Shown: positions 27,737 to 37,417 of the stretch, one piece after another
How positions within the stretch are numbered: position 1 is the first letter of the stretch
How the letters are laid out: every line of letters starts with the position of its first letter
DNA from: an uncultured delta proteobacterium
Lineage (GTDB): Bacteria; Desulfobacterota; DSM-4660; Desulfatiglandales; Desulfatiglandaceae
Assembly: GCA_963747555.1 (NCBI GenBank)
Contig: CAVVFZ010000029.1
Span: forward strand, 8,876 to 72,875
DNA length: 64,000 nucleotides
Direction: 5' to 3'
Translations under genes and position numbers: made by a program
Notes under the pieces: generated by a model
The model's database searches: none
What the model saw: only the letters and a program-made list of their open reading frames with translations
Told to the model about the DNA's origin: nothing

Positions 27737-30343
27737 TTAGGGCGCAGGTTCTTCTCCATCGCTTTTGGAAGTCTTGACATTCTCATCCTTTTCCTCGGCC
27801 GGAATCACTCCCAGTTTTTCCGCATCCCGCGTGGAAGCCAGTACCCTTGCCTTTGCTTTGGCGGCCTTCTTTTCCTTTTTCAGCACTTCTTCCCGGGCTT
27901 TTTTGGCCTCCTCAATGGCTTCTTCGATTTCCATCATCTTCTCTCTGTCCATGCCCGGCCTGGCCGATTCCAGGATTTGCTGCATTCTCCTGTCCGCTTC
28001 TTCCGCGCTTTCAATAGCTTGTGTCGTTTCCTTTTCAGCCTCCCTGGCCACCTTTTGGGCGTCCTCCAGGGTGTCCAGGGCGCCGGCCACCTCCCCATAG
28101 GCACCGCTTTCAGGTTCGGCATCCAGATCCACGTCTTCGGCAGCCAGCACCAGAGCCGTCAAAGGTCCTCCGGCCATCAGGTCTTCCATTGTCGTACCAA
28201 ACGGGAGAGAAATCCTGTTTTCATGGATGCGAAAAGGAACGATTGCAAGAGCGGCATCTCCCGAATTTTGTGTAATGGACTGGGCATCAGGATTGGAAAC
28301 GACCCGCGGATCGGCCTCAATCCGGAAACTTTCAAGCATCTCCAGTAGGGTCTCCCTTTCGGGCGTTTTCCCATCCCCGTATCCTGAAGCCACCAACCGA
28401 ATCCCGGCATCCTGCCAGTTCTCATGTCTTGTTATCAGATACGCCATCAACAACATGAGGGTTCCGGTTTTGTCACCGCTCCACCATACGTCGATACGCC
28501 GCCCGCTGCCCGGCAGCTCCTGCAGAACGGACCATTTGCGCTCATCCGCCACTAACACAATAATGTTACAGCCCATGCGAAAGGCGGCCCTGAGATTTTT
28601 TGAATATTTCGCTTCTCCGATGCCGAAAATCCCTTTCTGCGTCGATCCGAGGTAGTTAAGCAGCACCGTATTGGCCTTGAGAGGTCCCACACCAAAGGAT
28701 TGCAGAAGAACCGGAAGACCCGACTGGACAGTCGGCATCAAAACCACAAGAGAAAAGGCGCCGGCCTTCTGCACCGCGGCGTCTTTTCGAAGTTCCTCCT
28801 CCGCCTCCTCTCGGAGTCGGTTCATTTTCATCCCTTCGCCTTCCAGCATGCGAACAGCCGTGATCAATCCGCTTCCGCCCTGGATCCAGGAGGCAAAAGC
28901 GAGAAGTTGTTCCCGCCTTTGCGTATGATCGGAAAAGGCGAGTATTTGAGGTCGCCAATCCCTCGGATGCTCCGGTTCTGCAGATGCCGCCTGCAGATGC
29001 TCTTTCATGTGCTGAAGGTGGTAGGAACGCCTGCTGTCCGCCCACCTTGCCGGTCCCGCGGTTCGCCTGAGATATTGGAAGATGGCGAAAAGGACAGCGA
29101 CCGCCACAATTCCCGCCGTAAGATCAATGGCTAACATGGCGCCAAGGCACGCCAGAGATCCCACGAGGCTGAGACGGTAATCAAACCAACGGAAACGGGG
29201 TCGAAAAGAAGGGCTGGCGGTCCGAACTTCGAAAAACGTGGCGTAGTTGAGAAGGCCGTAGGATATGAGAAAAAACATGGAAACCACTGGAGCAATCAGG
29301 TTCAGATTGCCGAATGCAACGGTAATGAACGCAATACCGGCAGATAGAAGCACTCCTCTACGTGGGTTATTCGAAGGACCCACTCCTTTTGAAAAGGGTG
29401 TGAGGAAAGGGAAGATCCGATCGCGGGCAAGGGACTGAAGGATCCGCGGCGCCCCCAAAAAGGAGGCCACGGCGGAAGAAAGGGTAGCCGCAACAACCCC
29501 GGCATCAATCAGGAAACCAAATCGGGCCACCCCCCACATGGATGCGTAGTCCTGGGCCAGGTTTTCCCGGGGCAACACGCCGGCAAACAGGATGGCCGAT
29601 CCGAAATAGACCACAATGGATACGCCCACCGCAAAAAAAGTACCCAGCGGGAGACTTTTCCCCGGATCTTTCAGATCGCCGGACATGCTCACACCCTGGG
29701 TGAAACCGGTAACCGCCGGGAAGAAAATGGCAAAAAGAATCCAGAAGGGCGGCCCGGCTTCGGGACCACCCCAGTTCTGCGCCAACCGTGCGGTTTCCCA
29801 CCTTGGAAGGCCCCCGGAAAAAAATGAAAAAAGGGCGGCAGCAAGCAGGGCCATGACCACGTATTGAAACCTTGTGGCCCAATCTGCACCCATCCAGGCA
29901 AGAATGAACAGGAGGGAAACAGCCCCGGCCGCAACAATTCGGGTGGACAACCAGGGGATATCGCCCGTGATGCCCACGATGGCTTCCCCGAAACCAATGC
30001 AGTAAAAAGCGATGGAAACGGACTGGGCCAAGAAAAGGACCACCCCGATAGCGCCGCCGAACTCAACGCCCAGGGTCCTGGATATGAGATAATAATCACC
30101 CCCGCCCTTCACCTTGAGGTTGGTGGCAATGGCGGCTAACGAAATGCTGGTCAACACGGAAATGGCGTTTGCCAGGCCGATCATGATCAGGGCCCGCCCC
30201 AGCCCGGCATTCCCCACCACGTACCCAAGCCGCAGAAAAAGGATAATGCCTAATATGGTGAGAACGCTGGGAGTGAAAACACCGGCGAAGGTTCCCAGAG
30301 CGCCTTTGGAGACATTTATTGGTTCCGTCTTTTTCGAATACAC
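27737..30343 (-). CDS. Cation-chloride cotransporter-like (CCC/SLC12, APC superfamily) permease with large cytoplasmic C-terminal domain
   Basis: LGTFAGVFTPSVLTILGIILFLRLGYVVGNAG and KVKGGGDYYLISRTLG are typical of the CCC family. It has ~12 TM helices plus a ~400-aa C-terminal region ending in a K/E-rich coiled coil. Confidence 0.85.
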   Translation of the reverse strand: MYSKKTEPINVSKGALGTFAGVFTPSVLTILGIILFLRLGYVVGNAGLGRALIMIGLANAISVLTSISLAAIATNLKVKGGGDYYLISRTLGVEFGGAIGVVLFLAQSVSIAFYCIGFGEAIVGITGDIPWLSTRIVAAGAVSLLFILAWMGADWATRFQYVVMALLAAALFSFFSGGLPRWETARLAQNWGGPEAGPPFWILFAIFFPAVTGFTQGVSMSGDLKDPGKSLPLGTFFAVGVSIVVYFGSAILFAGVLPRENLAQDYASMWGVARFGFLIDAGVVAATLSSAVASFLGAPRILQSLARDRIFPFLTPFSKGVGPSNNPRRGVLLSAGIAFITVAFGNLNLIAPVVSMFFLISYGLLNYATFFEVRTASPSFRPRFRWFDYRLSLVGSLACLGAMLAIDLTAGIVAVAVLFAIFQYLRRTAGPARWADSRRSYHLQHMKEHLQAASAEPEHPRDWRPQILAFSDHTQRREQLLAFASWIQGGSGLITAVRMLEGEGMKMNRLREEAEEELRKDAAVQKAGAFSLVVLMPTVQSGLPVLLQSFGVGPLKANTVLLNYLGSTQKGIFGIGEAKYSKNLRAAFRMGCNIIVLVADERKWSVLQELPGSGRRIDVWWSGDKTGTLMLLMAYLITRHENWQDAGIRLVASGYGDGKTPERETLLEMLESFRIEADPRVVSNPDAQSITQNSGDAALAIVPFRIHENRISLPFGTTMEDLMAGGPLTALVLAAEDVDLDAEPESGAYGEVAGALDTLEDAQKVAREAEKETTQAIESAEEADRRMQQILESARPGMDREKMMEIEEAIEEAKKAREEVLKKEKKAAKAKARVLASTRDAEKLGVIPAEEKDENVKTSKSDGEEPAP

Positions 30344-30448
30344 AATATCTCCATGTACGCGCCTGTTTCCAACATCAACCGGTGAACTCTCTTCTTACTC
30401 AAAATCTCACTCATAATCGAGCAGGCGAAGTATTGAAATTCTTTGATC

Positions 30449-30478
30449 TTGACACCTGAATCACTCTTCTCATATATT
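30449..30478 (+). promoter_or_regulatory. Candidate sigma-70-type promoter (TTGACA-18 nt-TATATT)
   Basis: TTGACA at 30449-30454 and TATATT at 30473-30478, about 135 nt upstream of the DUF1232 gene. Sequence match only. Confidence 0.3.
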
Positions 30479-30612
30479 TTCAGTTATGACAAGTTTGAAA
30501 GAGGTTTCAATCCTATAACATTGCGGTCCAATTTGAACAATACGAACAAGCCGAACCGCCCAAAAACCTTCAACACCGGATCCGCACAGAGAGATCACGC
30601 GTAGATATTTCA

Positions 30613-30921
30613 ATGGGAAAAGGCAGCCTCATAAAGATCGGACTCTGGAGCCGTCTGCTGCAGGATATCAGGCTTTTGTACCGGCTTCTGAAGGACTACT
30701 GGACCGGTGCGTATCGGGATGTTTCTTTCTGGAGCATCCTGATTTTTTTTGCGGGAATCATCTATGTCCTCAGTCCCTTCGATATTCTTCCCGATTACAT
30801 TCCTTTCGTAGGGCAGATTGACGACGCCGTAATCCTCATTTTCTGCATCTTTTTTCTTGAAAAAGACCTTCTCAAATACGGGGAATGGAAGATTAGAAAT
30901 TCAGAATCGCGGGAAAGGTAA
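30613..30921 (+). CDS. YkvA/DUF1232-family small membrane protein
   Basis: LSPFDILPDYIPFVGQIDDAVI is the DUF1232 signature. Confidence 0.75.
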   Translation: MGKGSLIKIGLWSRLLQDIRLLYRLLKDYWTGAYRDVSFWSILIFFAGIIYVLSPFDILPDYIPFVGQIDDAVILIFCIFFLEKDLLKYGEWKIRNSESRER

Positions 30922-30958
30922 TTCCAATATCCATATCCGTTTTCATGAAGAGTTCCCA

Positions 30959-31693
30959 ATGAAACACAACCGTTTCCCACTTACCATGCTCCATTGCCCG
31001 GCTTTCACTCTTCTCATTTTCTTAAGCTTCTTCTGGGCAGACAGGGCCGGAGCAATGGAGGGTTTTACCCGTCTCCGGGATCGAATGGTAAAGGAGCAGA
31101 TCGTTGACCGGGGAGTCACGGATCCCCTCGTTGTGGGCGCCATGAAAAGGGTTCCGCGACATCTTTTTGTGCCCGAAAACCAAAGGGCTTATGCCTACGG
31201 GGATTATCCTCTTTCCATCGGCCATGGGCAGACCATTTCGCAACCGTACATTGTCGCCTTCATGACGGAAGCCCTCTGCTTGAAGCCGGAGGACAGGGTG
31301 CTTGAAATCGGTACGGGGTCAGGATACCAGGCTGCGGTCCTTTCTCAGCTGGTTCGGGAGGTATACTCCATTGAGGTTGTCCCGGACCTGGGAATGAGGG
31401 CACAAAAGACCCTGAAGAAACTTGGTTACGACAATGTCCGGGTAAGGATTGGAGATGGCTACAAAGGCTGGCCCGAGAAGGCCCCGTTCGATGCCCTTAT
31501 TGTCACCTGCGCACCGGAAAAGATCCCCGAATCGCTGGTGCGGCAGTTGAAGGAAGGAGGCCGCATGATCATTCCGGTTGGAAAGGCCGGGACCGTGCAG
31601 AAACTGATCAGAGCCGTCAAAAAAGAAGGCCGCCTCGTCGCCCATGAAGTGATGTTTGTCCGTTTTGTCCCCATGGTGCGAGGCGACCCTTGA
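30959..31693 (+). CDS. pcm: Protein-L-isoaspartate O-methyltransferase, with hydrophobic signal-like N-terminus
   Basis: VPRHLFVP, GQTISQPYIVAFMTEAL and VLEIGTGSGYQAAVLS. I chose the ATG at 30959 over the upstream alternative start, which overlaps the previous gene. Confidence 0.9.
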   Translation: MKHNRFPLTMLHCPAFTLLIFLSFFWADRAGAMEGFTRLRDRMVKEQIVDRGVTDPLVVGAMKRVPRHLFVPENQRAYAYGDYPLSIGHGQTISQPYIVAFMTEALCLKPEDRVLEIGTGSGYQAAVLSQLVREVYSIEVVPDLGMRAQKTLKKLGYDNVRVRIGDGYKGWPEKAPFDALIVTCAPEKIPESLVRQLKEGGRMIIPVGKAGTVQKLIRAVKKEGRLVAHEVMFVRFVPMVRGDP

Positions 31694-31707
31694 AAACAGA
31701 TCGCCCG

Positions 31708-32307
31708 TTACCCCTCCAACTGATCGATAAACTGATCCGCCGTCATCGTCTTCCCTAACAGGGGGAAAATCTTTTCTTCCACATATTTTTGTTCTTCCGG
31801 GGAATTGGCAGCCGTGGCGTCTTTGATGAGTGTAACGCTGTAGCCCTTATCGTAAGCCGTGCGCGCGGTGCTCTCCACACAGAAATTTGTCAGAAAACCG
31901 CTGACCGCCACGTTTTTGATCTTGTTGTCCTTTATGATCCCTTCCAGGTCGGTCTTGTTAAACCCGCACAAGGTACATTTCCCGGTTACGACACGATCAC
32001 CTTCCAGGGGTTTCAACTCCTCTATGATTTCAGCGCCCCAGGTATTTTCGCGAAAGGCATTGCCGTCGGCCACAGCTTTCACGATCCCATCCATGACATT
32101 GTCCCTGAAATAACCTTCGTTGAAAACGAATGGCGCGTAGATCACCTTGGCCCCTTTCTTTCTTGCTCCCTCAGCCAGTTTCATCGCATTGGCAATGGTG
32201 CCCTGCCTTGCCATTTCACCTTTGACGCCATCGTGGAGTTTTCCCCCTTCCTTGCAGAATTCATTCTGAAATTCGATCAAAATCACCGCGGTTTCTTTTG
32301 CTTTCAT
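31708..32307 (-). CDS. Isochorismatase-family cysteine hydrolase
   Basis: VILIEFQNEF, a conserved K, and the GFLTNFCVESTAR catalytic-Cys context. Confidence 0.85.
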   Translation of the reverse strand: MKAKETAVILIEFQNEFCKEGGKLHDGVKGEMARQGTIANAMKLAEGARKKGAKVIYAPFVFNEGYFRDNVMDGIVKAVADGNAFRENTWGAEIIEELKPLEGDRVVTGKCTLCGFNKTDLEGIIKDNKIKNVAVSGFLTNFCVESTARTAYDKGYSVTLIKDATAANSPEEQKYVEEKIFPLLGKTMTADQFIDQLEG

Positions 32308-32561
32308 GGTTTACCCTCCCTGAATGAAGTTTTGGAAAATCCCTTAAACAATGGCCACGGCCGCCCGGCGCTCTACTTGTGGGGCTGCCGTGTTTAAGTA
32401 TAGCGAAAAGGAATCTCGGGATCAACGCTGAAATATTCCGGTTTGGGAATCCTATTTGATATTTTGCCGGGCCATTTCAGATTTCCTTTTGCCTAATGAA
32501 GATTAGAGGGTATAAAGAGATACATATGCAAAAGGATAGAATCATCAAGGAGGATTCATAG

Positions 32562-33695
32562 ATGCATTCCGAAAAAGAAGAGAAAATATCTCTCGATGTT
32601 TACACAAAATTGAGGGAACACCTGGATGAACTCCCGGCCGGCTTTCCCGCTACGAAAACCGGTGTGGAAATCCGCATCCTCAAACGTCTTTTTGATCCGG
32701 CGGAGGCGGAACTGGCCCGGCATGTGAGCATGAAGCTGGAGCCTGCTTCCGCCATTGCCCTGCGCGCAGGCGTGGATGAAAAGAAAGCAAGGGAGATGCT
32801 GAGCCAAATGGCCCGGAAGGGCCTGATTTTCAGCATTGAGTCTCCGGATCGTCCCCCCGCCTATATGGCCGCGCAGTTTGTCGTGGGAATCTGGGAATAC
32901 CATGTAAACGACCTGGATGAAGAATTTGTCAAAGATATGGATGAATATTTCCCCCTGCTGGCAAAGGAAGCCTTTGATCACGTCCCCCAGCTCAGAACCA
33001 TTCCCGTGGGAAAGAGCATTGAAGCCGGACTGGAAGTGCTCTCCTATGAACAGGTGGAGGATCTGGTCAGGAAACAGAAGAAATTCCTGGTGGCGCCCTG
33101 TATCTGCCGGAAGGAACACCACCTCAAGGGAAAGGGATGCGACAAAATGATGGATGCCTGCCTGGTATTCGGCTGGGGCGCGGAATATTATGAACGTAAC
33201 GGATTGGGCCGCGTAATCACCCTGGAAGAAACGCTGGATATTATCCATAAAGCCGATGAAGAAGGCCTGGTGCTTCAACCCAGCAACGCCCAGGATATTG
33301 TCAATATCTGTTGCTGCTGCGGGGATTGTTGCCAGGTCCTCATGAACCTGAAGAAACATCCGGCGCCGGCAAGAATGGTGGCCTCTTCCTTTGTGGCTGC
33401 AATGAACAGGGAGGCATGCATCGGTTGCGAAACCTGCCTGGATCGCTGTCAGATGGGCGCACTGAGCATGGAAGGTGAACAGGCGGCCTTGAACGTGGAG
33501 CGGTGCATCGGTTGCGGCCTCTGCATATCCACCTGCCCCAGCGGCGCCTTGACTTTAACGAGAAAGCCGGATGCGGATCAGGTGCAAGTTCCAAAGAACA
33601 CCATGGAGACCCACGCCTTGCGAAAGAAGGCCAGAGAGAAGGCGAAGGCGGAATTGGCGGACAAACTGGAAAGGCACAGAGCGGCTGAAAATTGA
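32562..33695 (+). CDS. Fe-S protein with Cys-rich central region and C-terminal 2x[4Fe-4S] ferredoxin domain
   Basis: CIGCETCLDRC and CIGCGLCISTCP motifs, plus an upstream CICRKE...CCCCGDCC cluster. Confidence 0.75.
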   Translation: MHSEKEEKISLDVYTKLREHLDELPAGFPATKTGVEIRILKRLFDPAEAELARHVSMKLEPASAIALRAGVDEKKAREMLSQMARKGLIFSIESPDRPPAYMAAQFVVGIWEYHVNDLDEEFVKDMDEYFPLLAKEAFDHVPQLRTIPVGKSIEAGLEVLSYEQVEDLVRKQKKFLVAPCICRKEHHLKGKGCDKMMDACLVFGWGAEYYERNGLGRVITLEETLDIIHKADEEGLVLQPSNAQDIVNICCCCGDCCQVLMNLKKHPAPARMVASSFVAAMNREACIGCETCLDRCQMGALSMEGEQAALNVERCIGCGLCISTCPSGALTLTRKPDADQVQVPKNTMETHALRKKAREKAKAELADKLERHRAAEN

Positions 33696-33729
33696 GAAGG
33701 ATAACAATGAAATTCAGGAGGTAGGGATT

Positions 33730-34374
33730 ATGGATGCACATCAAATGATCTGGAACGAAAAAGTGGCCGGTGGAATCATCAAATGGCTTGAAAAACGGCG
33801 AATGGCGGGGAGCTATGCTGCAACCGCCGCACAGGCCAAAGAAGAAATTCTATCCATGATTCCGGAAGGATCGACCGTTTTTCGCTGCGGTTCCATGACG
33901 GCCGGAGGTCTGAACCTGTGGGAGGCCATCGCCGCCCTGCCCGGCATTGACCTCATCGACCCTTACCAGGCAGGTCTGGCCCCTGAGGAAGGCCTGGAAC
34001 TGAGGCGAAAGGGACTGACCGCGGATTTCATGGTGGCAAGTTCCAACGCCATTACCCTGGATGGAAAGCTGGTCAACCTGGACGGCATGGGCAACAGGGT
34101 GGCGGCCATGACATTCGGCCCGAAGAAGGTCATACTGGTAGTGGGTATGAACAAGGTAGCCCCCGACCTGGAGTCGGCCATGTCCCGTGTCAAACATTAC
34201 GCAGGGCCGGTGAATACCATAAGGCTCAACATGGACACCCCCTGCGTGAAAACCGGGTTATGTTCTGACTGTCGATCGCCCCAGCGCATCTGCAACATGT
34301 GGAGCATTATAGAAGGGCACATGATCAAAGATCGCATCCACGTGAAACTTGTGGGTGAAAACCTGGGGTACTGA
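33730..34374 (+). CDS. LUD-domain (LutB/LutC-like, DUF162) protein
   Basis: SSNAITLDGKLVNLDGMGNRVAAMTFGPKKVILVVGMNK resembles the LUD fold signature. The ATG at 33730 is preceded by AGGAGG. Confidence 0.7.
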   Translation: MDAHQMIWNEKVAGGIIKWLEKRRMAGSYAATAAQAKEEILSMIPEGSTVFRCGSMTAGGLNLWEAIAALPGIDLIDPYQAGLAPEEGLELRRKGLTADFMVASSNAITLDGKLVNLDGMGNRVAAMTFGPKKVILVVGMNKVAPDLESAMSRVKHYAGPVNTIRLNMDTPCVKTGLCSDCRSPQRICNMWSIIEGHMIKDRIHVKLVGENLGY

Positions 34375-34382
34375 TTTTCTTT

Positions 34383-35291
34383 TCAGACTCCCCGGTAACC
34401 GACGAGTTCTTTTTCCACGGATTCGATCTGTTCTTCCAGCTCCTCGATAACCATGATCTGGTGAGGCCGCACGGAATGGGCCGGCAGTGCCTTTTCCCGG
34501 TCTTCCAGGTCTTCCCTGAGTTTGTCCAACCTGGCCAGGAGGGCTTGTTTTTCAGCCTTCAGTGCGTTTTCAGCCCTCCTGGTCTCCTTTACAAAGCTTT
34601 CCACCCGACCAAAGTCCTTCTGGAATCGTATGGGTTTTCCTCTGTCATCCACCCGGTTGGTCAAGGTGCAGCTGTCCGCCCCCGCAGGCCGCAGGTCCAG
34701 CAAGATCTTGTGAACATTTTCAGGAGACAAACCTCCTGCCAGAATAACCGGAATGCGGCTCTGGAGGACAAGGGACCGGGCCGTGGTCCGATCCACCGTC
34801 TTCCCTGTGATCCCGATAAATCCCTCCACAGGCTCTTTCCCCAACCAGGTATCCGTCAGGAAGAAATCAGTGAAAGGTTCCAGTTCCAGCGCCAGCTCCA
34901 GACAGGGGTATCCCCGCGCCGCCCCTTCCGGCGGAATCGGTATGCTCCGGATGATGCGGACTTCAGGAAATTTTTCCCTGATATCCCGCTGAAGTCCAAT
35001 AAACCCGGATAAATCAGCGGCAACACCGGTCGAACCCGTGAGCGTATCGCAGAAATGAATAAAGTCGGGCACGTAGTATTCCAGAACCCTGCAGGTCGTG
35101 TCCAAATCGTAAAAAAGGGGAATAAGGCTGTTTTTCGTTCCCGTTCCACGGCAGATTCGAACGGCTTCTCGCAATACTGGATCTTTCCAAGCGTCCCGAT
35201 CAAGAATAACGCTTCCAATATGGTCCACGCCCAGTTCGATGCATTTTTCAGCCTCTCCGGGCGTTTGAATTTCATAGATTTGAACGATCAT
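34383..35291 (-). CDS. TrpF-like (phosphoribosylanthranilate isomerase family) TIM-barrel protein with C-terminal coiled coil
   Basis: The N-terminus IVQIYEIQTPGEAEKCIELGVDHIGSV resembles the PRAI KICGIT..EDA...GAD.IG pattern. The last ~70 aa are heptad-like (LKAEKQALLARLDKLREDLEDRE). Confidence 0.5.
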   Translation of the reverse strand: MIVQIYEIQTPGEAEKCIELGVDHIGSVILDRDAWKDPVLREAVRICRGTGTKNSLIPLFYDLDTTCRVLEYYVPDFIHFCDTLTGSTGVAADLSGFIGLQRDIREKFPEVRIIRSIPIPPEGAARGYPCLELALELEPFTDFFLTDTWLGKEPVEGFIGITGKTVDRTTARSLVLQSRIPVILAGGLSPENVHKILLDLRPAGADSCTLTNRVDDRGKPIRFQKDFGRVESFVKETRRAENALKAEKQALLARLDKLREDLEDREKALPAHSVRPHQIMVIEELEEQIESVEKELVGYRGV

Positions 35292-35366
35292 ACTCTGCCT
35301 CCGATATTTTCATTTCCTTCAATTTGCGTCTTGCAATTCATTTGCGCAACCATTAAATTTTCGCTT

Positions 35367-36161
35367 ATGCTTACCAAAATAATCTCAGGAGGGCAATCGG
35401 GGGCCGACCAGGCGGCTCTTGATGTGGCCATCAGTCTTGGCATACCCCATGAAGCCTGGATTCCAGCGGGATGGGGTGCGGAGAACGGTATCGTTTCCGG
35501 ACCCTACGATTTCCGTGAGATGCCCACATCCAGTGTTCCCCAATGGATCAAGCATAACATCCTTTACTCCAACGGGACCCTCATCCTCTCCCACGGGTTG
35601 CTTACGGGAGGTTCTCAAGCGGTATGGGAATCGGCGGAGCCGCGTGACCGTCCAATTCTCCATGTGGATCTTTCCGAGACGGGTGAATTTGCGGCAGCCC
35701 AGCTCATTCATGCCTGGTTTGAAAGAAACGAAATAGGCATCTTGAATGTAGCAGGGGCAAGAGCCGAAAAAGATGTCGGCATGTATAACGCGGCAACGCG
35801 GGTCCTGGAAACATCGCTTCATCTTGGGATCATCGAAACAAACCTGCTCACTCCCATAAGGCCGTCGCCGGCGCCTCGCAGCGTCGCGGAAGCAGTAGAC
35901 CATATCCTTGCCAAACTCTCGTTGAAAGAAAAAGCGGCCATAGCCAAGATGCAGGATTTTGATCTAAATTTCTTTTCCCCGGCTCTCGTGAGAATCATCA
36001 GGGAGAATTTCGGAGCGTATGCCGGAAATGAAGAGCTCCTGACATCCTGCAGAGCATTATACGGCCCACATGAAACCGACGAAAATGGTCCCACCGTCGT
36101 CATTATCAGGGGGCTTTGGAAAAAGCTGCAAACCACCCACGCTCTTCGAGTCGTAAAATAG
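35367..36161 (+). CDS. SLOG-superfamily 'putative molybdenum carrier'/YpsA-like domain protein with an extra C-terminal domain
   Basis: IISGGQSGADQAALDVAISLGIPHEAWIPAGWGAENG matches the PF12694-type GGQ(T/S)GADRAALD motif. The C-terminal ~100 aa are a separate domain. Confidence 0.7.
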   Translation: MLTKIISGGQSGADQAALDVAISLGIPHEAWIPAGWGAENGIVSGPYDFREMPTSSVPQWIKHNILYSNGTLILSHGLLTGGSQAVWESAEPRDRPILHVDLSETGEFAAAQLIHAWFERNEIGILNVAGARAEKDVGMYNAATRVLETSLHLGIIETNLLTPIRPSPAPRSVAEAVDHILAKLSLKEKAAIAKMQDFDLNFFSPALVRIIRENFGAYAGNEELLTSCRALYGPHETDENGPTVVIIRGLWKKLQTTHALRVVK

Positions 36162-36253
36162 CCCCCTTCCCTTCCCGTGGACCAGTCTTTGGCGCGGACG
36201 GGAATGTAAACGTCGGCAACCGGCAACCAAACCAAGTTTTTCTGGAGATTTCC

Positions 36254-36637
36254 ATGCACTATTCTTTAGACCATATCCATCTCCGCTGCAGCGATGTTGC
36301 GGCAAGCGTTGACTACTTCAAAAAGATGTTTGAAGCGAAAGAGGTTGCCAGGGGCGGGACCAGGGAAATGCCCATTACCATCCTCGGGATGGCCGGGGAA
36401 CATTTCTCCTTTTCTCCCAAACGTGAAGGGGTAAACATCCGCGTCCAACCAGGCGAACCGGGTTGGGGCATTTATCAAATAGGGTTGAAGGTGGACAACC
36501 TGGATGCATCCTTGGCGGAGTTAAAAGAACGGGGGGCCGATATTTCAGCAGGACCACTCACGGTGAGAGAGGGGCTTCGAATATTCTTTGTAAGGGGACC
36601 CGACAACCTTGAAATAGAAGTGATGGAATACAGCTGA
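36254..36637 (+). CDS. VOC-family (glyoxalase/bleomycin-resistance/dioxygenase) protein
   Basis: LDHIHLRCSDVAASVDYF and the C-terminal PDNLEIEVMEY pattern; 127 aa. Confidence 0.8.
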   Translation: MHYSLDHIHLRCSDVAASVDYFKKMFEAKEVARGGTREMPITILGMAGEHFSFSPKREGVNIRVQPGEPGWGIYQIGLKVDNLDASLAELKERGADISAGPLTVREGLRIFFVRGPDNLEIEVMEYS

Positions 36638-37288
36638 TTAGCCTACAACCACCCTCACATGGAGGGAAGTCTCTTTCAAACCCAAATCCTCCATGGATAG
36701 GATGATCTCCGTCCCGTGTGTCACATTGGGCGGGATGTTCAAGGAAAAGACCCGCTCCGCCTCCGCCATCCCGTAACCTGAGCATGCCGGGCAGAAAAAG
36801 CCTTCCACATATCCGGTTCCGTTGCATCTCGGGCAGCGCTCACGGACCGGAACGGACACAGGAAACAGTCCGCCGTTTCGCGCTTCATTCGGGGAAAGTA
36901 CAGCCTCGAAATAGAGATCCTTACCCCTGATTCTGCCCCGTTCCAAGTCAAAGAATCCCGGCAAAAACCCTTCAAAAAATTCGTCGGCGGGAGTAAAAAA
37001 ACTCTCCAGTGCGCTGAAAATGGAAGGTCTTTGTTCTATGGGGCCGGACCTCTTCATCCGCGGGTCTTGGAAGGCCTGTCTTTCCCGATTCTGGTCGTAA
37101 AGCCTTCGTTTTCTTTCGTCGGACAAGGTCTCATAGGCCTCACGAATCTCTAAAAACCGCTCTACGCTCTCTTCTGAAGCAGTGACATCCGGATGAACCT
37201 CCTTGACCATCTTCCTGTAGGCCTTCCGTATCTTATTCAGGTTGGCGCCCTTGCTGACGCCCAGGGAAAAATAGTAGTCCTTGGCCAT
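36638..37288 (-). CDS. DnaJ-like protein: J domain plus a single CxxCxGxG zinc-finger unit
   Basis: DYYFSLGVSKGANLNKIRKAYRKMVKEVHPD (HPD motif) and CPRCNGTG...CPACSGYG. Confidence 0.85.
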   Translation of the reverse strand: MAKDYYFSLGVSKGANLNKIRKAYRKMVKEVHPDVTASEESVERFLEIREAYETLSDERKRRLYDQNRERQAFQDPRMKRSGPIEQRPSIFSALESFFTPADEFFEGFLPGFFDLERGRIRGKDLYFEAVLSPNEARNGGLFPVSVPVRERCPRCNGTGYVEGFFCPACSGYGMAEAERVFSLNIPPNVTHGTEIILSMEDLGLKETSLHVRVVVG

Positions 37289-37355
37289 AAAAACCTCCGC
37301 CCTCTTTTTGAATCATAAGTCCACGGCGCTAAAGAGCGCCTGGAGATTGCAGGGC

Positions 37356-37389
37356 GACCCCGATCAAACCACAAGGCTTGATCGGGGTC
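37356..37389 (-). promoter_or_regulatory. Perfect 12-bp stem-loop between hsp20 and the dnaJ-like gene
   Basis: GACCCCGATCAA-10 nt-TTGATCGGGGTC. A second 6-bp hairpin, GGCGCTaaagAGCGCC, sits at 37325-37340. No U-run follows either one. Confidence 0.6.
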
Positions 37390-37417
37390 CTATGCGATTC
37401 TTGATGGTGCAACAAGG

